64,000 nucleotides of DNA from Microcoleus sp. (GTDB lineage Bacteria; Cyanobacteriota; Cyanobacteriia; Cyanobacteriales; Microcoleaceae), in NCBI GenBank assembly GCA_052279835.1, contig CP181291.1:896001-960000 (forward strand), in the 5' to 3' direction. The notes beneath the pieces were generated by a model. That model did not search any database. It was not told where the DNA came from and saw only the letters and a list, made by a program, of their open reading frames with translations. How positions within the stretch are numbered: the first letter of the stretch is position 1; the number at the start of each line of letters is the position of its first letter. This document shows positions 1 to 12,181 of the stretch, piece by piece. The position numbers were made by a program, and so were the translations under genes.

Positions 1-153
1 GTCATTAGTCAGCAGTCATTAGTGATTGCTAGCAACTAACAACTAATAACTGTAAGATAAAGAGTGCGGATAAATAAAATCAGCTAATGACTAATGACCA
101 ATAACTAATGACTACTGACCAATAACTAATGACTAATGACTAATGACTACTGA
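1..153. repeat. STRR-type heptamer tandem repeats (CTAATGA/CTACTGA/CCAATAA)
   Basis: About 10 degenerate 7-mers at 85-153 run into the start codon; the complementary form (gtcattag) is at 1-25. Typical of filamentous cyanobacteria. Confidence 0.8.
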
Positions 154-1879
154 CAAACCTTTAGGCTCTGTTATTCAAGGTTCCCTCAGCAAGGGATTAG
201 AAGTGCGACTGCACGCCGATGTTTCGGTAGAAGATATGAGAGTGGGGAAATTTTTAGTAGTGCGCGGGGTCCGATCGCACTTTTTCTGTATGCTTACCGA
301 TGTGTCTCTGGGAACATCCAGCGATCGCATTTTATCAAATCCTCCCAACCCCAACGACGATTTTATGATTGCAGTGCTCGCAGGTAGCAGCACCTACGGT
401 ACAATTGAACTAGCACCGATGTTGATGCTGACTGCGGAACGAGAAAAACAGCAGGCAATTTTCAATCCGAACACCAGCAAAACTAACGGTAAAAAATCCA
501 GCGCCGAAAACTTAGCTTCTCTACAACCACAAAGCAGCGCCGACATTGAACTATTGCCCGTTAAAACCATTCCCAGCCACTTTTCCCAGGTATTTGATGC
601 CAAAGAAACCGACTTTCGGGCTGTTTTTGGCTGGGAAGATGACCCGTACCGCCGCAATTTTGCGATCGGCAAACCCATTGACATGGACGTTCCTGTATGC
701 TTAGATTTAGATAGATTTGTCGAACGCAGTAACGGAATTTTTGGCAAATCTGGAACGGGCAAATCTTTTCTCACGCGGTTGTTATTGTCGGGAATTATTC
801 GCAAACAAGCTGCGGTTAATTTAATTTTTGATATGCACTCGGAGTACGGCTGGGAAGCGGTTTCGGAAGGGAAACAATTTAGCACTGTTAAAGGTTTACG
901 GCAGTTATTTCCCAGTCAAATTCAGATTTATACCCTCGATCCAGCATCGACAAAACGCCGAGGTGTCCGCGACGCTCAAGAATTGTTTCTGAGTTTTGAC
1001 CAAATAGAAGTGGAAGACATAGCACTGGTGCAGCGGGAGTTAAATCTGTCGGAAGCTAGTATCGAAAATGCGATTATTTTGCGAAACGAGTTGGGCAGTG
1101 GTTGGATCAATAAGTTGCTGGAAATGAGCAATGAAGATATTTCCATGTTTTGCGAAGAAAAGCGGGGAAATAAGTCTTCGATTATGGCTTTGCAGCGAAA
1201 ACTAGAGCGATTAAACGATTTAAAATACATTCGCAAACGCTGTCCCAAAAATTATGTAACTGAAGTTTTGCAGTGTTTGGATGGTGGCAAAAATGTGGTA
1301 ATTGAGTTTGGTTCGCACTCGGATTTGCTGTCTTATATGTTAGCAGCAAATGTGATTACTCGCCGCATTCACCAAGCTTATGTGCGGAAAGCTGAGAAGT
1401 TTTTGCAGAGTAAGAATCCGTGCGATCGCCCGCAGCCGTTAGTGATTACGATTGAGGAAGCTCACCGTTTTCTCGATCCGGCGATCGTGCGATCGACTAT
1501 TTTCGGTACGATCGCCCGTGAAATGCGAAAATACTTCGTAACTCTGTTAATTGTAGACCAACGCCCCTCCGGTATCGATGGCGAAGTCATGTCGCAAGTG
1601 GGCACTCGCATCACAGCCTTGCTAAACGATGATAAGGACATTGATGCTATTTTTACTGGTGTTTCAGGTGGCCAAAGTTTGCGATCGGTTTTGGCAAAAC
1701 TGGACTCGAAGCAGCAAGCATTAGTTTTAGGGCACGCTGTACCGATGCCGGTGGTTGTACAAACTCGTGCTTATGACGAACAATTTTATCGGGAAATTGG
1801 TGATATTGATTGGCAAGAAATGCCTGATGCAGAGGTGTTTGCAGAGGCTGAAGCTGCTAAGATGGATCTGGGGTTTTAG
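143..1879 (+). CDS. herA: HerA/FtsK-family ATPase (DUF87) with N-terminal HAS barrel
   Basis: Walker A GKSGTGKS, hhhDMHSEY, Walker B ITIEEAH, EMRKY and DQRPS motifs; N-terminal barrel (VEDMRVGKFLVV). Confidence 0.85.
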   Translation: MTTDKPLGSVIQGSLSKGLEVRLHADVSVEDMRVGKFLVVRGVRSHFFCMLTDVSLGTSSDRILSNPPNPNDDFMIAVLAGSSTYGTIELAPMLMLTAEREKQQAIFNPNTSKTNGKKSSAENLASLQPQSSADIELLPVKTIPSHFSQVFDAKETDFRAVFGWEDDPYRRNFAIGKPIDMDVPVCLDLDRFVERSNGIFGKSGTGKSFLTRLLLSGIIRKQAAVNLIFDMHSEYGWEAVSEGKQFSTVKGLRQLFPSQIQIYTLDPASTKRRGVRDAQELFLSFDQIEVEDIALVQRELNLSEASIENAIILRNELGSGWINKLLEMSNEDISMFCEEKRGNKSSIMALQRKLERLNDLKYIRKRCPKNYVTEVLQCLDGGKNVVIEFGSHSDLLSYMLAANVITRRIHQAYVRKAEKFLQSKNPCDRPQPLVITIEEAHRFLDPAIVRSTIFGTIAREMRKYFVTLLIVDQRPSGIDGEVMSQVGTRITALLNDDKDIDAIFTGVSGGQSLRSVLAKLDSKQQALVLGHAVPMPVVVQTRAYDEQFYREIGDIDWQEMPDAEVFAEAEAAKMDLGF

Positions 1880-2311
1880 TTGGGATGGGCGATCGCACCT
1901 TTGAAATTGTAGGGTGCGTCAGCCCCCAGCGTTTCCCTTGTATAATAAGCGATCGAGCTGACTTCGTTAGTGGTTTAAATGCGTAAGAGCTAACTCATTT
2001 CGACATCGAAGGAATTCCAGAGCTAGAGGAAACGGGCGATCGGGAAGCGACGTGGCGGTGGATGAGTTAATTTAAGTATTTTCCAACATGATTGAAGTAT
2101 TTTCCTACGTGAAAACAGTTATTTTCATAAAGATTTAGCATAAGTTAAATAACTCTCAGTAAATATACATAGATTTAACTGACTAGCAACAGTCTAAAAA
2201 ACTCAAAAATTCTGTATTTTCACTAATTTGTTTAAAATCGAATTCAACCTATTATAAAAATTATTAACCGCTAGATAATGAATTAAAAATAAATTAACCA
2301 TCAAATCAGGA

Positions 2312-5300
2312 GTGTCCAGAGTGCCTTTAACAGACCCGATTGGAGAACCTTTAATAGAAGAACTGGAATCCTTAATTCCCGGACTAGCCCCGACAAAGCC
2401 CGCGCTCCTGCCGGGAATTAAAACCTCAAAACCTTTCTTATATCAAACTCCGGGCGAATCCGAAAACTCCGAACAACCTAACTTAATAGAAACCGCTTCG
2501 CAGCCCAAAGACGAATTTAGTCCAGCAAATGCTGATGCTTTGATTATTAATAAAGCCTCCGTTCTTAACAGCATACCTTCTGCTCAAACCAGCGATCCCA
2601 AAACTAACAGCTACTCCAGGGATGCAACAACTTCTGAAATTGACCCCCTAATTGGTAAACTCGACTCGGATTTAGGAGACCCCCTGACCAACCCGAATCG
2701 AATAATCTCACCCGTTGTAACTACATCCACAACGAGCGAAAAAGCTGCTCCCAAAACACCATTACCCGCAACCGCTGAAACAAGTTCAAAACCCGAAGAT
2801 CAAAAAACATCCTTACCGTCAGAGGCTATACTTAAAAGTGATTTAGAACCGAACAAAACAGCACCTGCAACTGTATTACCGACTGATAAACTAGAACCGA
2901 ACAAAACAGTACCCGCAACTGTATCACCGACTGATAAACTAGAACCAAATAAAACAGTACCTGTTTACCAAAACTGATGACAAGATAGATTCCGAAAAAC
3001 AATCGCCAACAGTCGATGCAATAGCGACCGAAAAACCCACTTCAAATTCTCAACAACCAACAACACAGCCCGCAACAGCCCCATTAATTCGGGCCACATC
3101 TAACCCAGTTTCACCTGACGTTAATATCAGAGAAGAAGTCAAATCAACAGATTTAAAAAATCCAGTACAAACCGCTACTCAATCTTTAACTGACAAACAG
3201 AATGATACAGGAAAACTTGACCCATTAAAAACCGAACCTGCTGCAACACCAAAAACAGCAGCCAGTGAAAATGTAGCGGTGACGACAGCAACAGCAGCAG
3301 TTAAAACCCCAGAAAAAACTCCGAACAATACTGACTCACTTTCGGAAATTAAACAGCCAGTTAAAACAGAATCTATTGTCAGTCTATCAGCAGATGCTGA
3401 ATTAATCAAAACCGACACAACTGTAACTGCAAGCATTTCTAAACCTCCCGCAGAAACAGAGTCAATTATCGCTCCAATTGCAGAAAATTCTCCTGCAAAA
3501 ACAGACTTACTCAGCTCTAATGTGGGCGAACAATCACCAAAAGAAACCCACTCCAATGTTTATACCACAGCCGAAGAATTGCCCACAAAAAACGAGTCGA
3601 TTATTACCGCAGAAATCAATTCTGGCACGGTGGTTCTGGACATCCCGGTCGCTGAAATAACAGGAGAACTTGAAACCGAACAATTGCCAACAAAAACCGA
3701 TTTGCTAAAACCAGCAGAATTCACTGCTGATACAATCGAACGGGACATCGTTGTTTCCTTCACAGCAGCCGAATTAGAAACCGAGAAAACCCCGGCAGTT
3801 GCTGTTAATTTTCTCGAACCAGAACCGCTAATTTCCAACTCAAATTATAGCGTAAAAACTGAACAGCGTACTGGCGACTTTCAAAGCAATACAAATTCCC
3901 CAACAAATCTATCAATAACAGCAGCAGCCAACTCACCCAGTGGGACTTTCCTTGTCGATAACCAAGGAAAAGTCAAATTTGACTATGTATTTGACGGCGG
4001 CTACTTTCAAGGCGAAGTCGGCATTTTCAGCCTAGCCGGAATGTCCGCATTCACACCCGGAACTCCAGAATTCATCGCCGAAGCATCCCGTAGAGTTTTA
4101 AGCAATTCCACCGACGGACATATTGTCATCAGCGACAGTACAGAATCCGCAAAATTCACCGGTGCGATGCCCTTCGACGGGGATTGGGGCAGCGGCGAAT
4201 ATCAGGGTATCAAAACTTTCTCCATGCTACCAGGCGACACCTTTGCCGTCATGTTAGTCCCCAACGCTACAATACAATCATCCTTCCAATCCTCATATTC
4301 GGGAAATTGGTTCCCCGAAAACCGCCCCTTATTTAGTATCGCCACAGCCAATCCCAACGATACCGCTCATCTGCTACAAATAGCCGACATTACCGGCACC
4401 GGCAACACCTTCGCCCTGGAAGATATGTCGCCTCCTAACTCGGACAGAGATTACAATGACCTAATCTTTAAAATTAGTGGCGCAACAGGAAACGCACCGC
4501 TGCTAGATACAGTCATCAACCCTGACCGAGAATGGCGCAATACTCCCCTAGGACAACAATTGCTCGCCGAAGCCAATCCCCCGAATTCTGACAACAATCC
4601 GCCCCTTGTTTCACCGACAAGCGCTCGGACTTACACAGAATTAGAGACAACTATTTCATTAGACAATCTTGCCACAGATGCAGAGGGCGACCCTCTCACA
4701 ATTAGCGTCCAGGGTCCAGTAAACGGCACAGTAATTTTCAATCCCTTAACTAACAAAGCATCGTTTAAACCAGCAACCGTTTTCTCTGGAATTGCCAGCT
4801 TTGATTTCCTTGCCAGCGACGCTTTTGGGAGTTCAACGCCCGCGCGGGTGACAGTCAACGTCAGCGACGTTCCCCTGCTGAATCTAGATTTTGTGAAGCG
4901 AAATCTCAGCCTCAATGCAGGAGAAAATACGGAATTAGTTGTGCTCGGAGATTTTGCCGACCAAAAAGGTGTAGTGCTGCCAGATTCTTATTTAACTTAC
5001 ACTTCATTCAATCCAGAAGTAGCACCAATTGATCCAACGGGGAAAGTGACAGGTTTGGTCAACGGCACTTCAATTTTGAGTGCAAGTCGAAACAACTTGC
5101 AAGCAGTCACCCCAATCCGAATTGGGACGATGCCAGCACCGACAACAGACGCTCAACTGCATCAGATACTAGCCGAAATGTACGGACTAGACCCCTACCC
5201 AGATGCCGTTTCCCTGACACCAGGTGCAACGCGGAAACTGTCCCTCGGCTTAAACTCCAACTTCACCGAAGCTAACTTAACCGCAGCCAGCACAGGTACG

Positions 5301-8300
5301 CGCTACTTTAGCAACAACAGCAACATCCTAAACGTAAGTTCCGACGGCACTATTACAGCAGTCGGCATCGGCGATGGCACCGTTACGGCCATTCACGGCA
5401 CCGCCTCCGCCACCATTCCAGTTCGAGTCGAAGCACCGAAAATCGGCACAACAGCCTTGGGAACCGACGGTGGCATCATCAACTCAAGCGACGGAACCCT
5501 AGCAGTCATGATACCTCCGGGCGCTCTCAAACAGAATGCAACCGTCAGCATTGCCCCAGTCAACCAACAAAACTTGTCCCTACCACTACCACCGGGATTT
5601 GAATTTGCAGGAGCCTTCAACTTAAACTTTAGCGATAACTCCCTGAATATACCCGCCCAGTTAGCAGTACCAGCACCCGCCGGATTAGCACCTGGAACTG
5701 TAGCATACTTCCTGCGAAAAGGAGCAATTCCTGACGCAACCGGCACTTGGAATCCGATTTGGCTGCAAGAAGAATCAGGCATAGTCGGAGATGACGGCAA
5801 CATTCGCACCCAGTCTCCTCCTTATCCAGGTGTCGTCAGACCGGGCGAATACGCAGTAGTCTACGCCAGTCCGACAGGCAGCGCCACCTTAGTCAAAGGT
5901 CAGCTTACCCTCAACTACAACTTCCCCCTAGCATTTTTTGGCATCATTGACCCCCTGGGAAATATCGGTCAGTTAATCGACCCGGACAAATTCGTTACCA
6001 CCCCAGCCTTTACAGTAACTCGCGACATATCTTCAGTACAGGTAGTAGCAATCCCCAAGGTGGGACTTCCCGTGGTAACAGAGGTGGGCGTGCAGCGAAA
6101 CGACGACGGTACTGCAACATTTAAGGCAGCTTTGAATATGCCGGCCCCAACTACCTCTGACCCCACAACCCCTCCTGTCCTCCAAAAGGCTGAATTGAAA
6201 TTCAAGGATGAGAACAACAAGCAATTTGAGAACAATGAGCCCCTCTTATTTCTGACAGGGGGCAACATTCTGGTCAACAACGCCAGCGACTCCAAAGGCA
6301 GTAAGTTTGAAGATTTGACAGTTAAATTCTATGCAGGTAACTCTATGTATGAGGGGACTGTAGTACCGACACGCAGCCGCTCTCTTGGAGGCAATCAGTA
6401 TGAAGTAGCAGTTAAAGTGCCTGATACAGTAGTGCTAGGCGCTTCAGGCGTCGTGCTGGAGAGGAAGCAGAACCAGATCGTCGAGCAAAAAGGCGTTACA
6501 CCAGTATACAAAGAAATCCAGTACAACAGCAATCCAATTCGGCTGCCACAGGGGGCAGAGTACGTCTTTGCAGCCTTGGGCGGTTCTGACCGAGTAGCGG
6601 TTCTCAACGGTAAAAACCCCGAATCAGTGGTTAATACTACAAACAGCAAGGACTTGCTGTTGGCTCAAATTCCTGTGGGAACTAGCGGTGTCACAGATTG
6701 GGCAGAATCAACAGCCGTGACTAGCGACGGAAATCGCGTTTACGCAACCTTGAGGAATTCAGGTCAAGTGGCATTGGTCGATCCAATGGTACTGCGACAG
6801 GTAGATACTGTGCCAAATACTTCAGGCGTCAATCCCATTGTCCTGCCGGCGGGCGCTAGACCCAAGTCAATAGTCATCAGTCCTAGAGACGATTATGCTT
6901 ACATTGGCGACTTGAATCAAGCGAAAATTTACGTCCTTGACATCAACCCTAACTCGGCAACTTATCACAAAGTAGTTGAGACTATTAACGTCACTTCACC
7001 ATTAGGATTGAGTCAGTTGGCAATTAGTAGTGACGGGCGGCGGCTGTTCGGCACGGGTTCTGATAATAATGAGCAAGTGCCTAATCGTCGGATTTATGCA
7101 ATCAATATTGACTCGAAGGATCGACCGAAGGATGAAGATTCTAATCCTCGTAAGTGGCATCAACAAATCGGAGTTATTTCTACTATTTCGGAGACCGAGG
7201 GAATAGCAGCTACGAATGAGCCGACGAAAATGGTGTTCACGAACGGATTGAATCGAAGTAATCCTGACCAGAATAATGACGCGCCTGGTTTTGGGGTGTT
7301 GGAAATTACTTCGGACGATCCTCTTAACTTTACTGCTTCTGTGAGTTATGCCCCTTTAAGTTTGGGTTTTCCTACTGATTATTTTGATGTGAATGAGGGG
7401 GTATCTGTCACTGTAACGCGGGATGGGCGGTATGGGTTTGTGGCTGGTCGCAATTCTGCAAGTCTTGGCCCTTCTGCAGATGTACGTTCTGGGGGAAATA
7501 TTGGGATTATTAAAGACCCCTTGGGGCCAAATCCTCAATTAATCGGTGCTACCAGACCGATTCCAGAGGCTCTTACTAACGATTTAGTGCTTTCAAATGA
7601 CAACAAATACCTTTATGGCTCTTATCCTTCTCTGACTGGTAGCGGGAGCGTTTATGCTTTCGATGTTGAGGAAATGATTAAAACTCTGGACAATCCCGGT
7701 CAATTCAAAATTGATAGTCTTGACAGGGGTGTTAAGTCTCCTTTCTTCAATGCTACTACGGCGAGGTCTGTGACTGCTGCTGATTTCACAAGGGTTCCTA
7801 TTGATGATATAAATCCGGCGGTTAGTATTGCTGCTGACTATGGGATTCTTCAGGAGAATCGACCTGCTAATCAGTTTACTTATGGGGTGCCGTTGGGTAC
7901 AACACGCGCACCAGTCGGTACTGGAGGCAATTTACGGGATTTGAGTTCTGCACCGACTGATTGGCTGAATTTGAAGGGGCCTGGTGCAACTACAAATGAC
8001 CTGACTCCGACTTTTCAATGGCAGTTTGCTCCGGGTTGGGAGGATGTGAAAGAGGTCAATCTTTTTGTCAGTACCTTCGAGCAAGGGAAGGGTTTGTTGC
8101 CTTGGGATAAAGTTGTCGATTTATCAGATTCGGCACTCCTTCCCGGATTCTCGGAAACACAAAAGCGTCAACTTCTTTCCAAGCCTTGGAACGGTTATGA
8201 CGATTTCAATCCCAACCGGATTCTGACAGCGACTTGGAAGAAAGATACTGGTAAGTGGTACGGTCATGACGGGATTACGCCTCTTGACCAACCTTTAAAT

Positions 8301-9857
8301 GACCCCGCAAATACTAGCACTAACTTCACGCTACCGAGGAGTCTTACTGCGGGGCAGAACTACAATTTTGCTGTTGAAGCTGTGAGTAATAGCGGCGCTG
8401 TGACCAAAGATTTGGGGCAGTTTAAAACCATACCTCCTGATAGCAACAGTCCTTTCAGCAGCGTGAGCGTATTGACTCATGGTTTTACACTTTTGCCTAA
8501 CCAATCTGGGATTCCTGATTCCTTTTTCCAAATGGCAAATAAAATTGCCACTGTTAGCGGCAATACACCGGAAAACAGCGGGTTAATTATGCGCTACGAC
8601 AAGCCTACAGGTAACTGGATTCCTATAGATTTACAGGGACGGGTGATCACTAATTTGACGGGGGGGCTTAACACCAGCGAACCTAATTATCTCTCTACTT
8701 TGGTCAATAACTTAAAAGCCGGGGTATTTATAGATGGAAAGGAGATTAAATACCTCAACAAGAACAAACCGTTAGTATTGCTGAATGAATGGTCGTTGGA
8801 CAGAGAATCAGTTATTCCTGACGTTGGCTTTTCTGAGGGCGCGGCTGATGCAATATTTGCTTCTATGGTGCAGTTAGATTTGGCGTTGGGGGGTGGCGTT
8901 GGAGAGTATGAAGGCAATCAATTAAAGCGGTTGTACGATAGCCAAGGGAAGCTGATTCGCCAGCAGGGAGATTTGTTCAATTCGCCCATGCACTTCATGG
9001 GTTTCAGTCGGGGCACTGTTGTCAATAGCGAAATCGTACAGCGTTTAGGGACTTTCTTCCCCCAAGCTGGCGGGGTACAGGGTTCTAACAATCGTGACTT
9101 GCAAATGACAACAATCGACCCGCACGACTTTTACCAACCTAGTTTGAATTTACAATTACCTGGTTTTATCAGCACAAATTTCAGCGATTTCTACGAACCC
9201 AAGGTTCAGGTTTGGAATAATGTGACATGGGCTGATAACTATTATCAGACTGTGGCTGACCCGAATGGTGTTACTGCTACTCCTAATGGTCGTGCTTTGG
9301 GTCTACTTCCACAAGAGGAATTGGATAAGAATCCCAAACCTGCTGGACTGAATTTTCCTAAAACTAATGGCGATCCTTTAGGGAAAGCAGACCGAGAGAT
9401 TTTACTAGGTACTCGTAATGAGGAACCAAGTCGGATAAATAGTCGGATTGGGTTTACGAAAGATGATGATATTGGAGGAACGCACAAGCGGGCTTGGACT
9501 TGGTATGCGGGGACGGTTGATTTGGATTTAGACCAAGTGCAAACTCAGTATCCTCATGCTTCAAATCCAAATGTTCCGGAATCGATTAATGACCAATTGG
9601 GTGAAAGGGATGCGAACCAATGGTTCGATCCTAATTTCCCGGCAGCTAGACCTTGGTATGATAATGCTAGCGGTGAGGGGATTGGTGAAGGCTGGTTTTA
9701 TTCTGTTTTGGGTGGGGGGAAAGAGCAGCGTCAGTATAGCCCTACTGGGCGCGTTCCGGTTAGTTTTGATAATACGCTTGAAGCTGGGATGCGGGGGGAT
9801 TATGCGGTTCCTACTCTATTTAATGGGAATTTTGACCAGTTTATGCAGTATGACTGA
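2312..9857 (+). pseudogene. Giant modular putative exoprotein split by a +1 frameshift near 2964 (ORFs 2312-2977 and 2964/3279-9857): P/T/E-rich N-terminus, DUF4114-like, cadherin/Ig-like, ZU5-like, YVTN beta-propeller, alpha/beta-hydrolase
   Basis: The frame of the 3279 ORF is open back to 2964. Removing one T from GTTT (2963-2966) joins the two ORFs as ...VPVTKTDDKID... Motifs: FALED..DRDYNDL, ATDAEGDPLT, GTDGGII..VMIPPGAL, AVTSDGNRVY-type blades, HFMGFSRG plus TTIDPH. Confidence 0.7.
2843..2962 (+). repeat. 48-bp coding tandem repeat (LEPNKT[AV]PATV[LS]PTDK), about 2.5 copies
   Basis: Units start at 2843, 2891 and 2939; the frameshift follows the third, partial unit. Confidence 0.85.
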
Positions 9858-11055
9858 TATTTCTCAGGTTACGAGTGCCTACTTAAATAACTTTAACGCA
9901 GTAGGATTTGGTCGAGACGGTTTTGAAACTTTCCAGATTAATTTGCAAACTAACAATGCTTTCACTAAATTATATCGGGGTCAACCAGCTACTTTGAAGT
10001 TTGAATTAGAAGGGGGTGATCCCGTTTACCTAGATAATGCTTTCTTTAAGAGCGATTCTCTGAATTTTGGTAATCCTACTGAAGCTAGATGGGATATCAA
10101 CGAACCCGCTAAAAATCCTTATCAAACCAATTTATTGCTTGAGAAGCCACAGTACACATCGTCTTATAATGCTGTCACTGGATTACCTAACTGGGTTAGT
10201 TGGCAAGTTGACAATACTTGGAGTCAGCGATTCGTCGGTCGCACTGGAGATCAATTTATCGTTGACCCCGACTTACCTGGTAGCCCTAACTTCCCAACTT
10301 GGCCTCGCCTTGATGGGACGATGTATCAAGGTAGTGGACTTGATAAAGGTCATCTTGTCCCTGATAAAGATAGAAATAGAAACCTGAAAGATGCTCTTGC
10401 TACCTATATGAGCACAAACTTAATCCCGCAAGCAATAGACAATAATCGGCTTTTCCGCAATAAGGCAACAGGTCGATTTGACCCCGATATTTCGCCTGCA
10501 TGGTCTGCAATAGAATCAGGATTAGTTGACAAGCTAATTTTTGATTACAACAAAAAACTTGATATTACTGCTGGTGTTTTTGATACTAAAGAACAGAATT
10601 GGTCTATCCAGCCAAGAACTAGAGCACCTGAAGCACTTACGGAAGCACAAAATCAGGGAAATACAAATCCCACAAATTTAGAAGCTAACGGAATTCGGAT
10701 TCCTGGATGGACATGGAAAACAATCTTGGTTTCCAACAAATCAAGTCTTGAGGTGCAAGATATTCTTGGCAGTTACACCTATATTACGCCCAACATACCA
10801 GAACCTTACACGGACTGGAACGGGCAACCAGCAGTCCCGAACCCACTTAATCAACTGTTAGGGGAAAACCGCGCTCCCATCACAAGTTCTGAACAATGGC
10901 GAACACCAAGTACATGGAGGATTTCTATTAATCAGCTTGAAAACCTTCTGAATACTCAGGGTTCTGACAAGGTTTTTAACTTTTTGTCAAATCTTCCTGA
11001 AGATGTTCGGAATCGAATTAAACAACAGAGCGATTTCCAGTTTCCACCTCCCTAA
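9850..11055 (+). CDS. DNA/RNA non-specific endonuclease (NucA/Endonuclease_NS, beta-beta-alpha-Me); probably the detached C-terminus of the upstream giant protein
   Basis: FGNP..NLLLEKPQYTSSYN...PNWVSWQV, LDKGHLVP (DRGH-like), TYMSTNLIPQAIDNNR, W..IE, IRIPGWTWK. ATG at 9850 overlaps the upstream stop (ATGACTGA). Confidence 0.85.
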   Translation: MTDISQVTSAYLNNFNAVGFGRDGFETFQINLQTNNAFTKLYRGQPATLKFELEGGDPVYLDNAFFKSDSLNFGNPTEARWDINEPAKNPYQTNLLLEKPQYTSSYNAVTGLPNWVSWQVDNTWSQRFVGRTGDQFIVDPDLPGSPNFPTWPRLDGTMYQGSGLDKGHLVPDKDRNRNLKDALATYMSTNLIPQAIDNNRLFRNKATGRFDPDISPAWSAIESGLVDKLIFDYNKKLDITAGVFDTKEQNWSIQPRTRAPEALTEAQNQGNTNPTNLEANGIRIPGWTWKTILVSNKSSLEVQDILGSYTYITPNIPEPYTDWNGQPAVPNPLNQLLGENRAPITSSEQWRTPSTWRISINQLENLLNTQGSDKVFNFLSNLPEDVRNRIKQQSDFQFPPP

Positions 11056-11194
11056 GTCCAACTTGCTTGGGATTTACGCAGAACTATTATTAAATAGGTT
11101 GGGGAGATATCTAAATGTTCAAAAGATTACTGTTCCCTCAATGCTCTGCGTAAGTCCTGTTTTACTCAACAGATATATCCACATGGCAACTTCT

Positions 11195-12145
11195 TCAAAA
11201 TCTATCATACCTAATCTTTTCCGGGTAGCTCTCACTAGAATTCATTGGTCCGGGGATAAATTCTCCAGTTCTCCAGGTAGTATTACAGAAATACATATCT
11301 TCTTCTATATCCAAAAAATCTTGAATCCCTTCAAAATTGCTTCCTGTAAAATCAGGAGCATACATATCACGCACTTGTAAGTAAGCACCTCTAAGATCGC
11401 AGTAAATTATTTCAGGATTTCGCCATTCGCAGTTACTTAAATGGGTATTTCTTAAGTCACTAAAAATAATCCGTTTAATCCCACTAAAATTACAATTAGT
11501 CAATCTAGCACTGGTCAAATTCATGTGACTGAAGTAAGTTTGTCCTGAAAATTTAACGCCAGACAAACTAACATTACTTAGATCGACTTCATGCAAAACT
11601 AGATCCCGAAACTCTCTTTCACCTTCATCATAAAGTCTGAGAAATTCCTGAACGTCTGTCAGTCTGTGAGAATCAGTTTGTACCTGGCCATTAGGCATAA
11701 TAGTTTGACAAAAAATAGTATCTTTTGTCGTTTTAATGTCAGTAATATTAGCTCCTGTTAGATTAGCTCCAATGAGATCGGCACCGCTCAAATTAGCACC
11801 ACTTAAATCAGCATTAGTTAAGTCAGCATTAGTTAGGTCAGAATTAGTTAAGTGAGCGTTTCTGAGATTGGCTCCTCTCAAGTTAGCATTGAGCAGGAAA
11901 GCCGATCCTAAAGAAACTTTTTCCATATTGGCATCGCTCAGATTGGCGTTAATTAGACGAGTCCGCCCCAACTTAAAGTTAGCCCATCTCAGATCTGCCC
12001 GGCTGAGATTAATATCAATGAAACAAGGCCAGTCAAGACGAGCGTATTTTAAATCAATCCCTATAAAGTTTCGCTCTCCGGCTCTATACCGTTGAATCAT
12101 ATCAGAGCCAGCGATGAGTCCCTTAGCAATTTCTTGAATATTCAT
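11195..12145 (-). CDS. Pentapeptide-repeat protein with two modules
   Basis: A(D/N)L(S/T)x repeats (NADLTNADLSGANLSGADLIGANLT); two leaders, QRYRAGERNF and RLYDEGEREF. Confidence 0.9.
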   Translation of the reverse strand: MNIQEIAKGLIAGSDMIQRYRAGERNFIGIDLKYARLDWPCFIDINLSRADLRWANFKLGRTRLINANLSDANMEKVSLGSAFLLNANLRGANLRNAHLTNSDLTNADLTNADLSGANLSGADLIGANLTGANITDIKTTKDTIFCQTIMPNGQVQTDSHRLTDVQEFLRLYDEGEREFRDLVLHEVDLSNVSLSGVKFSGQTYFSHMNLTSARLTNCNFSGIKRIIFSDLRNTHLSNCEWRNPEIIYCDLRGAYLQVRDMYAPDFTGSNFEGIQDFLDIEEDMYFCNTTWRTGEFIPGPMNSSESYPEKIRYDRF

Positions 12146-12181
12146 AATTATTGTCTAAATTAGTTTACATCTTTAATTATA

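Noticed and set aside
143..1879. HerA-based anti-phage system (Sir2-HerA or HerA-DUF4297)
   Set aside because: No effector partner is visible downstream, and the HIP1-rich gene looks like the ordinary cyanobacterial HerA homolog; upstream context is outside the window.
9556..9849. N-terminal 98 aa of the 9556-11055 ORF
   Set aside because: Out-of-frame overlap with the giant ORF; nuclease-like sequence begins only after about 9850.
11003..11380. 125-aa plus-strand ORF as a NuiA-like immunity gene
   Set aside because: Half of it is antisense to the pentapeptide gene, it has a GTT-type or weak start context without RBS, and it shows no NuiA resemblance.
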